In this document: piece by piece, positions 23,373-36,295 of the stretch
How the letters are laid out: the number at the start of each line of letters is the position of its first letter
Position numbering within the stretch: the stretch's first letter is position 1
Assembly: GCA_963924565.1 (NCBI GenBank)
Contig: OZ004611.1
Coordinates: 26,660,001-26,724,000, forward strand
Source of the DNA: Ascidiella aspersa
Taxonomy: Eukaryota
Length of the DNA stretch: 64,000 nucleotides
Reading direction: 5' to 3'
Made by a program: the position numbers and the translations under genes
The notes under the pieces: generated by a model
Seen by the model: the letters and a program-made list of their open reading frames with translations, nothing else
The model's database searches: none
What the model was told of the DNA's origin: nothing

Positions 23373-26300
23373 GTGATAATAGAAATCACCTTGACCCATG
23401 CAAGATAAATGTCGACCTTAATTCCTGATCAGAAACCGAAGAATACTCTTGCAAAGCTACCAATTCTAGTCAGACACTATTTAAAGATCTTTCGCCAGCA
23501 AAAGATATTCAGTATCTCGGAAATAGCTTTGAAAGGGTATTTTGTTGGCAAAAAGTATTTATTTTGCTTTTATTTGCATTCGGGGTTTCGCCGACACTAT
23601 ATATAACCCGCACGTTTCGGCGGTTTCTAGAACAAACCACGCCACTATGACCTGTATGGTTGCACGGAAACAACAACGCCATGACCGTGACGACCTGGTG
23701 TCGTTTTCTAAATAAACAGGCGTTCACTTGCTAATCTCGAGAAAAATGTGATGCCTAAAACGCGTCAAATGAGTCGATAGAAGGATGTTTTAGGTAATAC
23801 CTTCGAAATTTTTGTGCTGAAAACCAATTAGCAAATTATCGCAGGTGCGGTTGATTCTTAACCTGAACAGGGTTTATAACATACTGTAACACAGCAATGC
23901 GGCACCTTAAAATAGATTTAAGTGTGCGACCGGCTTAGAACTTAACAAAAAATCATTCTATGTTAAAGTAGTAAATTATTTTTTTAAATCTTACTGAAAA
24001 AATTTAACAACATATTTCAATTTCAAAAAAACGTTAGCAGTGTTTCACCACCTTTTATCGCAGCGACTAAAAAAATGAAAAGTATAGCAACGAAGTTTTG
24101 GCGACCCAATTATCTTCACATAAAATAGCATAAATCCATTCCAATTTAATTAATATTAGCCATGTCTTTTATTGCTTAAGCAATTTCCTTAACTTTTGGA
24201 TATAACTTGGACCAATTTCAATAAATCTAACCATGTAAACTACTGCGGTCGACGAGTCAACCACATCAAACAGCGACCAAATTTTCAATCGCGACCTATA
24301 GATTTAGAAACACTGCGTTATGACTAAAAGATTGTACGTGGAACATCCCCAAGAAATGTTCTGTTTTTAAAATAGAAGGTTGTAATAATTATAAACTGAT
24401 CACACCAGACTATACCGTTTGGAAAGATTCGGGCTATACAATGTTGCTATGTGAAATTTGTTTAGAACTTTTGTGTTAAACAAAGCACCTTTATGCAACA
24501 ACGTTAGTCGTGGCTTCGCAATTCGCCGCGTGTGGTATATGGACAGGCAAAATCTTTTGTTCGCCGCAAGGGCACTTATATCTTTATGACGGAAATTCCC
24601 ACAAAGATGGAAGTCAACACTTGGAATAATACCCATCCCGGAAAGCGAAAGGAAAGTTTCAAAGCAAAACGTGGTGAAGTCGCAGAGAAGTTTTGTTAAA
24701 ATTTTCCACTGTTTTTAAAAGGCTTATTTCTTTCAGCCAATAGGTACAAAGGTTTTAACCAATACGTCTAAAGGTTGAACCCAAACCAGGACCACAAATG
24801 AAGCAAAACATCGAGTTAGTCTCATCAGAATTACATATACGGCCCGGCATTGTTACTACGGTTTTAGTGGTAGGTTTAGCGTCAACTTGTTTTGCAATAA
24901 TTCATTAGAAACACACATCTATATGTTTTGGGGTTATTCGATCACTTCTACTTCTATATTGCATTACTAATCTCTTTACATACAAGTTGCTAGATCCGGA
25001 GATAAAATTATATAGAATCCATTCTAAGGATAGTTCGCCGTTGGGTCTATAATATTTCCTTCGTAAAACACCTTGGGAAATTTCGTGACGCAAGGTATCA
25101 GTGGGATTTCACCTTCATCAAGGTTTTAAAACGACAAACCCTCCACAAACTACGCATTCATAACTGGCCATATGGAACGCAAAGCGTTTAAAGTCCATCT
25201 GTGCTGTCAATAGAATTATTTGCACACAGTGCCACCAACCATCACAGAAAAGGGTTGAGAGGTCTCCTTCTAAAGAGACAATCGCTTTTCCCAAATTTCG
25301 ACTCGTGCTCATGTTTATGACGTAACAAAGGGGAAGCATCGCTCGGGGAAAGGTACTGTGGGACCACTGCCCGGCGGATAGAATAGACCACTGGCGCAAC
25401 ACGCGATGTGCAAAATGCGATTGACCCGCGCTTCCAAATATAGCCGAGCGAAAATCCCAACCTCGGAAGCTACAACCCCGGGTTAAACAAAGAAAACAAA
25501 GCTCTTAAGCTAGCTGTAGTAAGAATACCAATGCCCATACTGAACAAGGTATCATTTTGAAAGTTGCGAATAACTTTATTGATATTCGAAACGTTCAAAA
25601 TGATACGTTTGAATGGGCTTTGATATTCTGACTAAGTCTTACTACAACTTTCAACAACAGCACTAAAGGCTAGATTTTGCTAGGCTCGACTATCTTGCTC
25701 TTCAATCCTAATTAGGCCAACTAATTTCGGTAATAAACTTTCTGGAGACCCCGGTATACAAACAACACAAGTGTGCTTAAAATTGATTTTAAACAAACTT
25801 TAAACATTTGAATAATTGAAAGTTTGTTGCTTTTTCTGTTTAGCATTCAAAGATGACATCTCGTATCAATGTCAACTGACCCCCGACAAATTGTGTGAAA
25901 ATCAATTGGATGTGATTACCCACAGGTTGAAAAACCACCACTAAAGCAACAACACAGTGCTGCGGAATGGATTAGCCATTGATAGATATTTACGTGAAAA
26001 TCATTTGTTTATAGCATATCATCTTTTTAAGCTATACACCTTCGCATTTGCAAGTGAGGTAAATCTACACGGTATACACTATAAATGTTTTGTAAATATG
26101 TTATACAGCGTGAACCAAACGGTCCCTATCCCGTTTTCTACACCTTACTTATACTAACAACAAAAAACTACTTTCTTACTTTTGGAATTCTTTTTAAGAT
26201 TATGTCGCATCGTTGGCAATACAAACGTGGGATTACATAACGATAGAATGCTCAATGTTTTTAGCCATTAATCGATTTTCAGGGAAATTGATGTTTGGAT

Positions 26301-26619
26301 TATGAAAGACTGTCGTTAACTTTTAACATCTTAAAGCATAGCTTACTTAGGGGCGAGGGCAGCGTGAAAACTCTAAAACATCGCATTAAATCAGTTTGCA
26401 AAACAAAACTGTAAACCAAATGGTAGCATCCTGTTTGGCGTGATCTAACTAATCCAACAACAAGCAATAACCTCATAAACAATTAAAATTCACAAATGAA
26501 AGTCAAGGCATGCCATGTCAAAAAGATTGATTGGCAGCCGACAATGTGACCATCATGCGCCGCAGCTTCGCGAAAAAATCAGCGCGGTGGGTTTTTGCGT
26601 CCGCTTTCCCGGCTTGTAA

Positions 26620-26648
26620 GGGATTTTCCCTCCAACAGGAAATTCCCC
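26620..26648. promoter_or_regulatory. Pair of NF-kB/Rel consensus sites upstream of peptide gene A
   Basis: GGGATTTTCC (26620-26629) and GGAAATTCCC (26638-26647; reverse complement GGGAATTTCC) both match GGGRNWYYCC and are 8 bp apart, ~1.5 kb before the ATG. Motif match only. Confidence 0.4.
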
Positions 26649-28112
26649 GGATAACAATATATTTGCTGCTGGCGGCTAGACTTGAGGTACACTCGCTCTA
26701 AGGGTCGACAACGGAAGGTGTTTGAAACCGTAGATGGGCGAAAGGTGAAAAGTTTTTGAAATGCTGCTGTTTTCGAATTGAAGCATTCAGACAAAGGTTG
26801 CCTAAAAGGTGCGCTAAACGTTTTTGCGTACCCTACCATCGGCTGTCTTGCAGAGAAAGTAAGATTTTTTCAGTTTTTGGAGAAAATGTTGATCAATGTT
26901 GATGAACACCATCGGCGTATATTATAATCGTACATAACCGATCGAATTAGCTAGCGATTTTTCGATTTTAAGCGACCAATTAAACGTAGCCCTTTTTAAG
27001 GTGTTTAAAACCCCTAAAGGGCCCTAAATTTTATGATTAAACGATCTCTAAAAATATAGCATAGCAGATAACTAGCATTTAATACTTATATGAACTATTT
27101 GCGGTCCCTCTTTTTTAAGCAGACACCAAAGACAAATGGTTAAAGTATAAGTATACGTATGTTTGACCAAGTTAAAAGTCAACTTAAACATCGTCCGTTT
27201 CGAAAAGCGAAACACGTTGTTGTATCTTTTGCAGGCATAAGTTAGTTCGGTTAGCGTTTAGCGGATAAGTTCTAGTTGTACTGGTGCCAGTGTTATGCGT
27301 CAGAGCGGAACCAGCGGTTTCTAGATCCACAAGAGCGCAGTCAGGCGAAATGATAGCAGAACGTACATCTTAGCGAATGTAAATAAGCATATACAGCAGC
27401 ATGGTGCAGCCTGCTAAAACTTGTTTACCCTAAGTTTACTCCGCCTTAAATGTTATTTAACTTTGCTCTAAATTTCATTTAACGCACACATTGATTCTAA
27501 AAAAGTGCAAGTCATAACTAAAAATAGCACTTTTACGTATTGGCTCTTATAACAAAAACACGCTAAGCCAATAAAACGAAGAATTGTTCGCCATATGTTG
27601 CAGCGGTTGACACAGAGTGCGCAGCAGCGCTTTTCGTTTTTATCAAAAGCCGCAGCCGTGAAGGAAAAGTAAAGAAAACTTCGTTTTTTCCCAAAAAGTG
27701 TTGATAGCTGTGGCTTATGCTGGTGTCAACATCGTTTATTGTTTTATAACTGGTTTGAGGCATTAGCTTAGAAAAGCAGTACAAATCCAAGGGTCGCCTT
27801 TAGAATAAACTTTTTTTGCAGTTTTGGCGATCATTTAATCTCTGCAACCATGTGTTAGCGTTGTGTATAACAAAAAGCAATTGGTATGTTATGGTGTTAA
27901 GTTGACACGTCAAATTTAGAACAGCTAACCGGAATGTCTACAAAAATACATCTCAACAAAATGGTTATTCCTTTAAAATAACGCCCGATCATGCATTTCA
28001 TTGTTAGGTTTATTAACTGAGAACGCCTCCCATTTAGTACAACATTGCATATTTTTTTTATAGAAAATCTATTAGTGTTTAACCGAGATTTGAGGTGATA
28101 TATACAGACAAA

Positions 28113-31100
28113 ATGGTCGAGTTTACAACCAGCAATAAGTTGTTCCTGATGGCTTGTTTCGCGCTCCTAATCGCTTTCTTTCTCACGCAACAAGAGTGCG
28201 ACGCCGTTCCACTGGAAGCCAACGTAACCCAAGGTAAAACTTCATTAGTTTTATATTTTGGCAAAAATGAAGCAAATGCACTCTATGTATCAGACTTGAC
28301 AACTTTCAAAGTCTGCACTCCTTCGAGAAGCCCAGAAAATAGCCCATCGACACATGGCTATTTTAGCAATATTTTATTTTCTTGTTTTAAAACCATTTTT
28401 ATTTCTGCTTAAATAAATAAACTTTAACCAAGAAGTACCCAACCATCGGTTTTATTTCTATAGTCTCAGAAAAATAATTCTGACCTTTACGTAACATAAC
28501 TTATTTTTAATGCTTATACCAGTAATCTAAACTATTTTAAAGCGGCAAAGTGACCATAATACATTTAGAGATGTTTCGAGCAATATACTTTGGTGCCTTC
28601 AGAAAGGCTTTTACCTAAATCAGTGTAATCTTTAGGCTTATTTGTTTTACGTCATTTCACTTTTTTGTAGGACTCGCAACGCATTGGACAGACGAGCAAT
28701 CATACTCAAACCTGACCTACGAGAACGAAACAATTATTATACTGGCCGAAAACCAGTTTACCAACGAAACAGAGGTAAAATAAAAACTTGTATATAGGTA
28801 TAAAAACGATATCCCGTAGTCGTGGGCGTATCCTGGTATATCCCTCATAGGGTGCCATTTTTAACGCTCAAGGGTGCCGAGAGATATTTCAAATTCTTTA
28901 GGATTTCAATTTTGCTCTATTGGTGAGCTTCTTGATACAAATTGTTTGTGTACGGTAAAACTGCAAAAATTAAGAAGATTTTATCAACTTTATTGCACAA
29001 TTAATGTGCTGTTTCAAGTTCATTGTAACGTTACAGTTAACCACTCAGCAAAAATACGAGCAAGGGTGCCACGTATATTATAAAAATAGTATACTATTTA
29101 TAATTTCTGCAGGGTGCCGCAAGCCGAAAAATGTTGCGAAACAGTGGGTTAATAGGTTTTCCCGGAAAAGCGGGTCTTAACTGCTCACAATATATTTTTT
29201 CATCATAAGCTAGTTCAAAATAGCAATTATACAATTTATAAAAAAAGAATAAACTATAGTCGAAACATAAATCATGATTTCAAAAGTTTTCTCTATTAAC
29301 AATTAATATCGGTTCTAGCTTTATAAAGTTTTAGGCCTTCCCTAAGCTATACGCGTAAAATTAGTCAAGTTTTGCCGCATTTATTCAAAACTAAATAAAA
29401 CTAATACTCATGGAGTTCTCACAGGATTAAGAAAAAGGTTAAACAATAACTAACAAACTCCTGATGTCAATAACTACTAGAAGCCATATGTGAAAAAAGC
29501 TTATTGCAAAATAAACAAAGATATTGCCCCAAAAAACTACTTAGCCATATTTGTGTAAAGAATTATCACAGATAGTTGACATATAAAATATTCCATAGCG
29601 GTTTTTGCTTTATAAAACAGGGTGTGTAAATAACATTAGCTACAAAAAGGAAAAGTTCGTAATAACTGGCCTAAAGCGGTCACAATGTAGCGCCATATAC
29701 CAAGAATCGTAAACAAAAACAGTTTCTGCTGTGTATAATCGCATTTGAATAACACAAAGCTTAATTTATCAGGTGAATGTGCATCACATCGAAAAACGCA
29801 GCGTCTCAAATCGAATGAAAGGAAGATGCAAGCGATGTTTCTGCAAGTTCCGATCGTGCACACAGGTCAGACGAAGATGTAAGTTGTGTTTTTTTATACT
29901 TGTGTGTCTTGGCTTCACGATAAATTGTCAAACTTCACGATAAATTGTCAAACATCCCATGACTTTGTATAAAAGTAAATACATATACAGCAAAGTAATA
30001 ATAAAACTTTTCAATTAATTTTACGATTGCTTTGCTATGTACATGCATATTTACTTTACTTATAGAAACTGACGATTCCAGTATAGGATAAATATATACT
30101 CCTTTACAGAATGTCTGATCCTAATTTTACTCGGGTTTCCATGACTTTGATTACGACAGAATTGTCGAAAGAATATTTGCTTTTATATTTTAAGTATTCC
30201 CCGTAATTTACTTGCGAGAGCGAGGAACTGAGAATAATTATCTTGTTTGTTTTTTTCGACATTTAATCTGCTATCGTTCTAATCGTTTACCTAATAACCC
30301 TACTCCTAAAAATACCAAATATAGCGACAATTGGACTTTTGTTTCGATATTTTGTGTGCGTATAATATATATGATTTGTGAAACCTTCTGTGGCATTTTT
30401 GGCGTGCTAAAAATAAAAAAGGTTAGTACACTATAATAAAGAAAGTAAGGCAGCCCGAAAAAAAAACCTTCGTATTTAAAAACCTTTTGCGGAAAAAAGT
30501 CCTGACTAATCGGGACAGCTATATATCGGTCGAACTACGTCACAGATTAAGATCGTTCCTAATTCAATTCTCCCGTCGAGTGGTCAACAGGTATCACATT
30601 TCACGCTGGAAAACATTTCAAATTTCTCACGGAGGTTTCATTGAGAAAAATGCGACAGGGGTGTTCGTTTGGCCGCGATATTTTAGCCAGAAAACGGGGT
30701 GAACCAAGAGTTTTTATTGACGATCACTACAACCTAAGAGAGCGGGGGCTTTGTCCAGCTTTAAAGGTTCTGTTTGTGGGGTACACAGGGTGCCACTCTT
30801 GTGTCACATGCTGCACTGAGTGTTGATAGTCCTGTCTTGTGATACACTTGCGTCGCATTCGTAAATAGGCCAGTTCATCTATCGGTGAAAACAGGCCTTA
30901 TAACCTCGGGTTACTCGCATTCATTACGAAATGTGTGCCAGTAACTATTTTTCTGGGAATATTTTCGCATCTTTCTTATCCTAATCCAACAATGAAACCT
31001 TTCGGTGCAATCTGTTTGTTTTTTACCCTGTTTACAGGCATAAAAGCTTACAACAATGGCAGAAACACAAGGAAAAACGTGCATCTACACAGTTTATCTG

Positions 31101-31891
31101 TCGCAAAAACTATTTATTAACATCATGACCGTGGAATTTAAAAAAAAAAAAATTTGACATTTTTAGGAGACAAAAATAATCCTGTGAACATGACAATTCG
31201 TTTCATGGCATATTAAGCGCTTTCATGAAAAAGTTGAAAAATGGCGGCATATTCCAGCGCGTAAAACATAAATGGCCGGGTGCATATATTTCATAATAGG
31301 GATCTCCAGTAATATTGAACCAAAGGACTACTCTTTACCAAAAAGTAATATCGGTACTTTGTACGATTTTGCGATAATACTAGGGCCGATCCAAATTACT
31401 ATTGACATTTTAAACACAATTTGCAAACTAATGGAACAACTAATTTTTTTACGTAAATTCAATGGGTTACAGTAAGTTAACAACTAAATACAAAAGAAAA
31501 CTTAGGACTATTAACTTGAAAAATTACTACTGTACAATTTTTTCAATTTTGCCTCTTTAACTGCAGTAATAACGTTATTAATTCTTATTTGTAGCATACA
31601 TTTGCCAAAATATGGTTGTTAGTATGCTTGTTGCTATCGGAATAATTGCAGTATCGGGAAAATCTATAGGTCGTAACATGTCAACATCAGTCGAATTAAC
31701 GAAAGCAAGCAGATATGACTTTCCTGCATGCTTTTTTACAGCACCACAAGCCAAAATATCGACATGTTCGATTCGATTTATTTTTAAAGTGTATTTTTAA
31801 CGCAGGGCGCAAAATCTGCCTGCTTTGCCACATCCGAGTTTGCAACACGGTCGTTTTCGGTAGAGCGACACAATACTGGCGTTCCGGCTAA
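28113..31891 (+). CDS. Cysteine-rich cationic prepropeptide A (turgencin-like candidate antimicrobial peptide), 138 aa
   Basis: Exons 28113-28233, 28671-28774, 29773-29878, 31806-31891 (GT-AG, phases 1,0,1). Protein MVEFTTSNKLFLMACFALLIAFFLTQQECDA-VPLEANVTQGLATHWTDEQSYSNLTYENETIIILAENQFTNETEVNVHHIEKR|SVSNRMKGRCKRCFCKFRSCTQVRRRWRKICLLCHIRVCNTVVFGRATQYWRSG*. Signal peptide, acidic propiece, KR site, 54-aa mature part with 15 K/R and no D/E. Confidence 0.85.
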
Positions 31892-34800
31892 CAAGATGTA
31901 AAAGTGACCCTAATCACTTTGTCGCTAATTCGACCCCGGAATCCGAAAATGAACACTCGAAATGAACTCATCTCAAACGAGAAAACGACCAATGACGCAT
32001 TTTTTTGTTTGTGTGAAAACAGTTCGTCAAGTTTTTTGACGCTTTGTATAATTATTTATTTATGCCGTTACCTGTTTGAATTTTTTGCTGTTGTTGTTCT
32101 TTTATTTTATTTACTTTGGAATTTTAAGTTATTTTGACAACGAATTAAGGGTGGCCCAGGGATGGCATTTTAACCAGTGCCGTTAAATCAAAAGAACAAA
32201 ATTGTAAAAAAGTAATCACTAATTAAGTTCGCTAAAGTAAGGGGATACCCTTTTATATAAACATTTAGCGTTGTCTAACAAAGGGATATATATGACAATT
32301 GTTGTGCACGTTTCGCATGATTTATTTTACCTATATCTGCCAGATAAAACAAATTTGCATCTAAACTTGATAACCGTGTGCATTAGTTGCAATTTTTCGC
32401 AGTATTATGAATAGTAATATCACCATCATCGTATTGTGTTTTTTTTATCAACATTCACAAATATAAAAAAAAACTTTCTGATCGCACGATTTTGTATTAA
32501 TTATTTTTAAAGAATTTAAAGGAAAAAAACAATTTTAGTCGGATTTTAATCAAATTTATTACATGCTTGGGTATTCTAATTTTAGTTCTAAGTTATGTTT
32601 CAAAAATAGTACTGTGCTCGACGGCGTTTGTCGGTTAGTCAATTGGATCAGGTTTTTATAGCCACCCAGGTAAATTATTTAGCTTGTAAAGTACCAATCT
32701 TGGTATATGTCAGTCCATCACATTCGTCAGAAAAAAATACAATTTTATTAAAATTTGATTGTGAAGGCAGGTGATTCTGGTCGAGATTTCAATTTATTTT
32801 CCAGTTTTCCTTTATTCAGTGATTCTAATCTAATTTGGATAATAAAAAATAATCTAATTAAAAAATAGAAGAAAAAATCATGCCGTCCTAGGTTGCTCGA
32901 CAACGTAACACACATATTTCGTTTACCCACATTGCGCAAACTTCTGGCAATTTCGGAATGACTCAGGGTTGGGTGGACTCTGTTTAGTGGGCAACATTGC
33001 GCGGTTACAGTGTTGCGATTGGTGACAAGTCGATAGGCACAAACAGAAACCACTACAGGCCAAAGGACTTCGTGAGAGTGTCTATAGCGAAACCGAGGTA
33101 CGGTTACATTCGCGAATTGCTGTCAGCGTAAATACACGGCAGGGGGGGTCGTAGTTAAGCGCTTGGGAAAGCGGGAAATGCAAGAAATTTTCAAATAAGT
33201 CATTTTTGTTAATTTGTGTGTTTAAATACTTACAAGGCTTCAATGGTTAACATATCAAGGGTTAAGGCGTCACTTCATGTTGTTAAACCACCCAAAAAAT
33301 TAGTGGAATACAGGCTAGTTTAGAGAAACAAATGCATTTTATGTTTAGTAAGCTTTGAAGCATTTGGAATGTTATTTGTGGTATTTTTCTATCTGCACCG
33401 TTTTAGTTTGCCTTTAAAAACTGACCGGCATTATAAAAAAAATGCGCATCTCAAAATGCAGGGGATTCTTTAAATTTTAAAAGTGAAGTTAAGTGGTTTA
33501 CACACATTTATGGCGAATTTAAATCAAATCAAACGAAGCGAAAAATTGCTGTAAGATAAATTTACTAGATTTATGTCGTTTTATGTTGATGAGCTTCAAA
33601 GCAGGTAAAATATTTTGTTTGTATCAGCCTTTTCCGTTATTTTTCGAAAATAAATATAATTTAAAAAAAGCAGAAATATGTTATATCCCAGGTTTTCAGT
33701 TTATTTACTTTAGAACAGGGGTTCTTAAACTGGGGTCCATGGATCCCTTAGGGGTCCGTGAAATAGTTTTAGGGGGTCCATTAAGGCCTAATTAAAACAT
33801 TAGTGCAAATTAAGAAGTAATCAGATTATCAAAGAAACCTGTTTAATTAAAAATAAAACGGTTTTGAACTGAATGTGTTAAGACACCATTTCACTTTCAC
33901 ATTTTTGGATCGAAATCAGCTGACTAATTAGGTCTATTTGTATTGTGACGTAAATTTTTGACGTCATTTTTGCATTTTGTTGTCTCCGAGTGTCCACGCG
34001 AGATAAAAAAAATTGGTTCCGTTTATTTACCTTTGCCAAAAAAATAAAAATATTAAACCATGCAAGAGTGCAAGGTACGTATGCTTAAAACGCCCAATAT
34101 TTCTTGTACCGGCCTGCAATGTAAAGTCTACAAGCGAATCAAATTCACTAACCTTTAACGTGAGAAAAGTCTCCAGAGGTGAAACAAGTTGACATAATAT
34201 ACGATTCGGTTCACAAGCGCATCGCTTCCAGGAAAGCAACAACTAAGCGATGTAGCGTAAGTGGTACAAATGCTAATGCTGTGTGTTGTAGAGATACGAA
34301 ACCGGTAATTCCATTCATGTCAGGACAACAAGGTTTCGCATCGGAAAGCCAACGCCCATGGTTCGAAGTTATATCTCGGTGTTTTGAAACAGCCAGGGCT
34401 TTATTGTCAGGGCTGGGAATCAGACGCGAAGTCTGGTGTGAGTAAAACATAGCTGCTTTGGCGGCGTGACTGGGTGCCTATACAACCTGGCTTCGGTAGC
34501 TTGCGCCACTCCTTATACGTGCTACAGCTCATCATTCCAGGGTTAAACTAGCTTCCTGCCGCACCATTGGACTAATGGGTGTTGTGACAAGCATCACATC
34601 ATGAAACTGTACATTGGGCTATAGCGCTGAAGCCGTATTTACATACATGCTACCGAAAAAACGACAGAGAAAAAAGTGCAGTTTTTCGAAGTTAAATCCG
34701 TTAAATGAAGCAGAAAATCCAAGCGAGCGAGCATAGACCTGACAGCCTACATGTGAACGCATAATAATGCAACGTGCTTAGCGAGATTAAGGCACTGACA

Positions 34801-35907
34801 GTGAACCGAAAGTGAATTTAATAGATTACTACAAGTTGAATTTGCGTAAAAGGGTGTACTTGAGGCATGAAAGGCAGTATGCTTGCTAAAATGTTCAGTT
34901 ACCTACACAAATCTGATTTTGTTACCTAGACAACGTTTACCGCCGAAGGAGCAACTCCTAATAAAAAAATTTGAGTGTAAAATTCAAACGACTTTTATTT
35001 CCGCCGTTAATGAGCAGTTTTTGGCCCGCCGTCACTATAAAACCAAATGAACCCGTTTTTTATGGCTTTACGGTGCTTTTATCGTCAGCCTTTTGTGGGA
35101 TTACCATAATTAGGTTATAACTGCTGGTAAGCCCAAGTTTCCCGCGCTGTTAACAACGGTTTATTTGGCATTTGTCGACTTGGTCACAATTGTTTGTTCC
35201 CCCCTGTGTTCACTATCTCAGTAGCGAAAACAAAGGTGGAATATAAAACTAATTTAAAGATAGCATTTGTCAACGTTGGTCGTTGTTGTTTGATCCGGTC
35301 GTATTGTTTGCGTGTCATCCTTGCGCAGATGCTTTATGGTAAGGGCAAACAAAAAACCTACTGAGTTGAGATTTGCACATTTCGACGATTGATTTCAAAT
35401 CTTCGGGCGTAATTCCCATTTGTGAATAAAATTTTCGCTCGCTGCAATGGCCTCGCGCAAACAGCCAATATTTTAACTAGAAATGAGTGGGAATTCCGCA
35501 GCGTGGCAAATCGTGCGTAAATACGAAAATTCCAAACAAAGAGAGTAAAACTTTTTTTACTTAATCACGTTCAAAGCCCTTACAAGTGGAACGGCAAGTT
35601 TCACAATGTAGTCGTTGTGTATTGCGCATCAACTTTTATTGCTACCAGACGCAAAACGTGTCGTTTAAAAGCCAAGCCGATATTTGCTTTTCCGAAGTGA
35701 TAGCCCAATGTTGATTGATATTATAGGGTAGATTGGAGTAAGGTAAATGATCAGGCAGCTATTCAAGGCCGTATATAAATATATCTTTGTTTACTTTGGG
35801 GCGCGACTGTTATGTTTCGTATTTGGAGTCACAGTTGGCGGAAAAAATTGTAATCATTTTGTTTTCAAAAGTCAAATGCAGCGAGAGTTGTCTGACACAA
35901 CTTATGG

Positions 35908-35915
35908 TATAAATA
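35908..35915 (+). promoter_or_regulatory. Candidate TATA box of peptide gene B
   Basis: TATAAATA ~390 bp upstream of the ATG, with a splice acceptor (ttttcag, 36238) in between. Motif only. Confidence 0.3.
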
Positions 35916-36295
35916 GGTGTCTGATATCGTACTCTCGAGCGTAAAGGAACACAAAGTGGCAATCATTTAAAACTTTTAAAAATTAAAAAGTACCAGATGA
36001 CCACAGTATAACATAATGAGTGTTTGACGTCATTCATCCAAAAGAAGGCTACTTTAATAGATTGCTAAAATAAGTAGAAGAATTGATATAATTTCTAGAG
36101 GACCGTTTTTTGAAGTATGAAGACAAAATAGTGCAAAATAAAAACGACAATTGCGGTTTGAACTTGACAGTGGTCAAAAGAGTTTTTTAACTGCGAAAGT
36201 ATTGTGTTACGGATTAACGGTTTGTCTTTAATTTTCAGATATAAAAAAGCATAAACTAAATTTGGAGCTCAAGTATAGTTGCCTTCTAAAGAAAA

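Noticed and set aside
30789-30826. Cys-rich stretch (W)CHSCVTCCTEC* as exon 4 of gene A
   Set aside because: It is phase-compatible, but the acceptor is weaker and the spacing does not fit the family. 31806-31891 gives the exact C-x2-C-x4-C motif. It cannot be excluded as a minor alternative exon.
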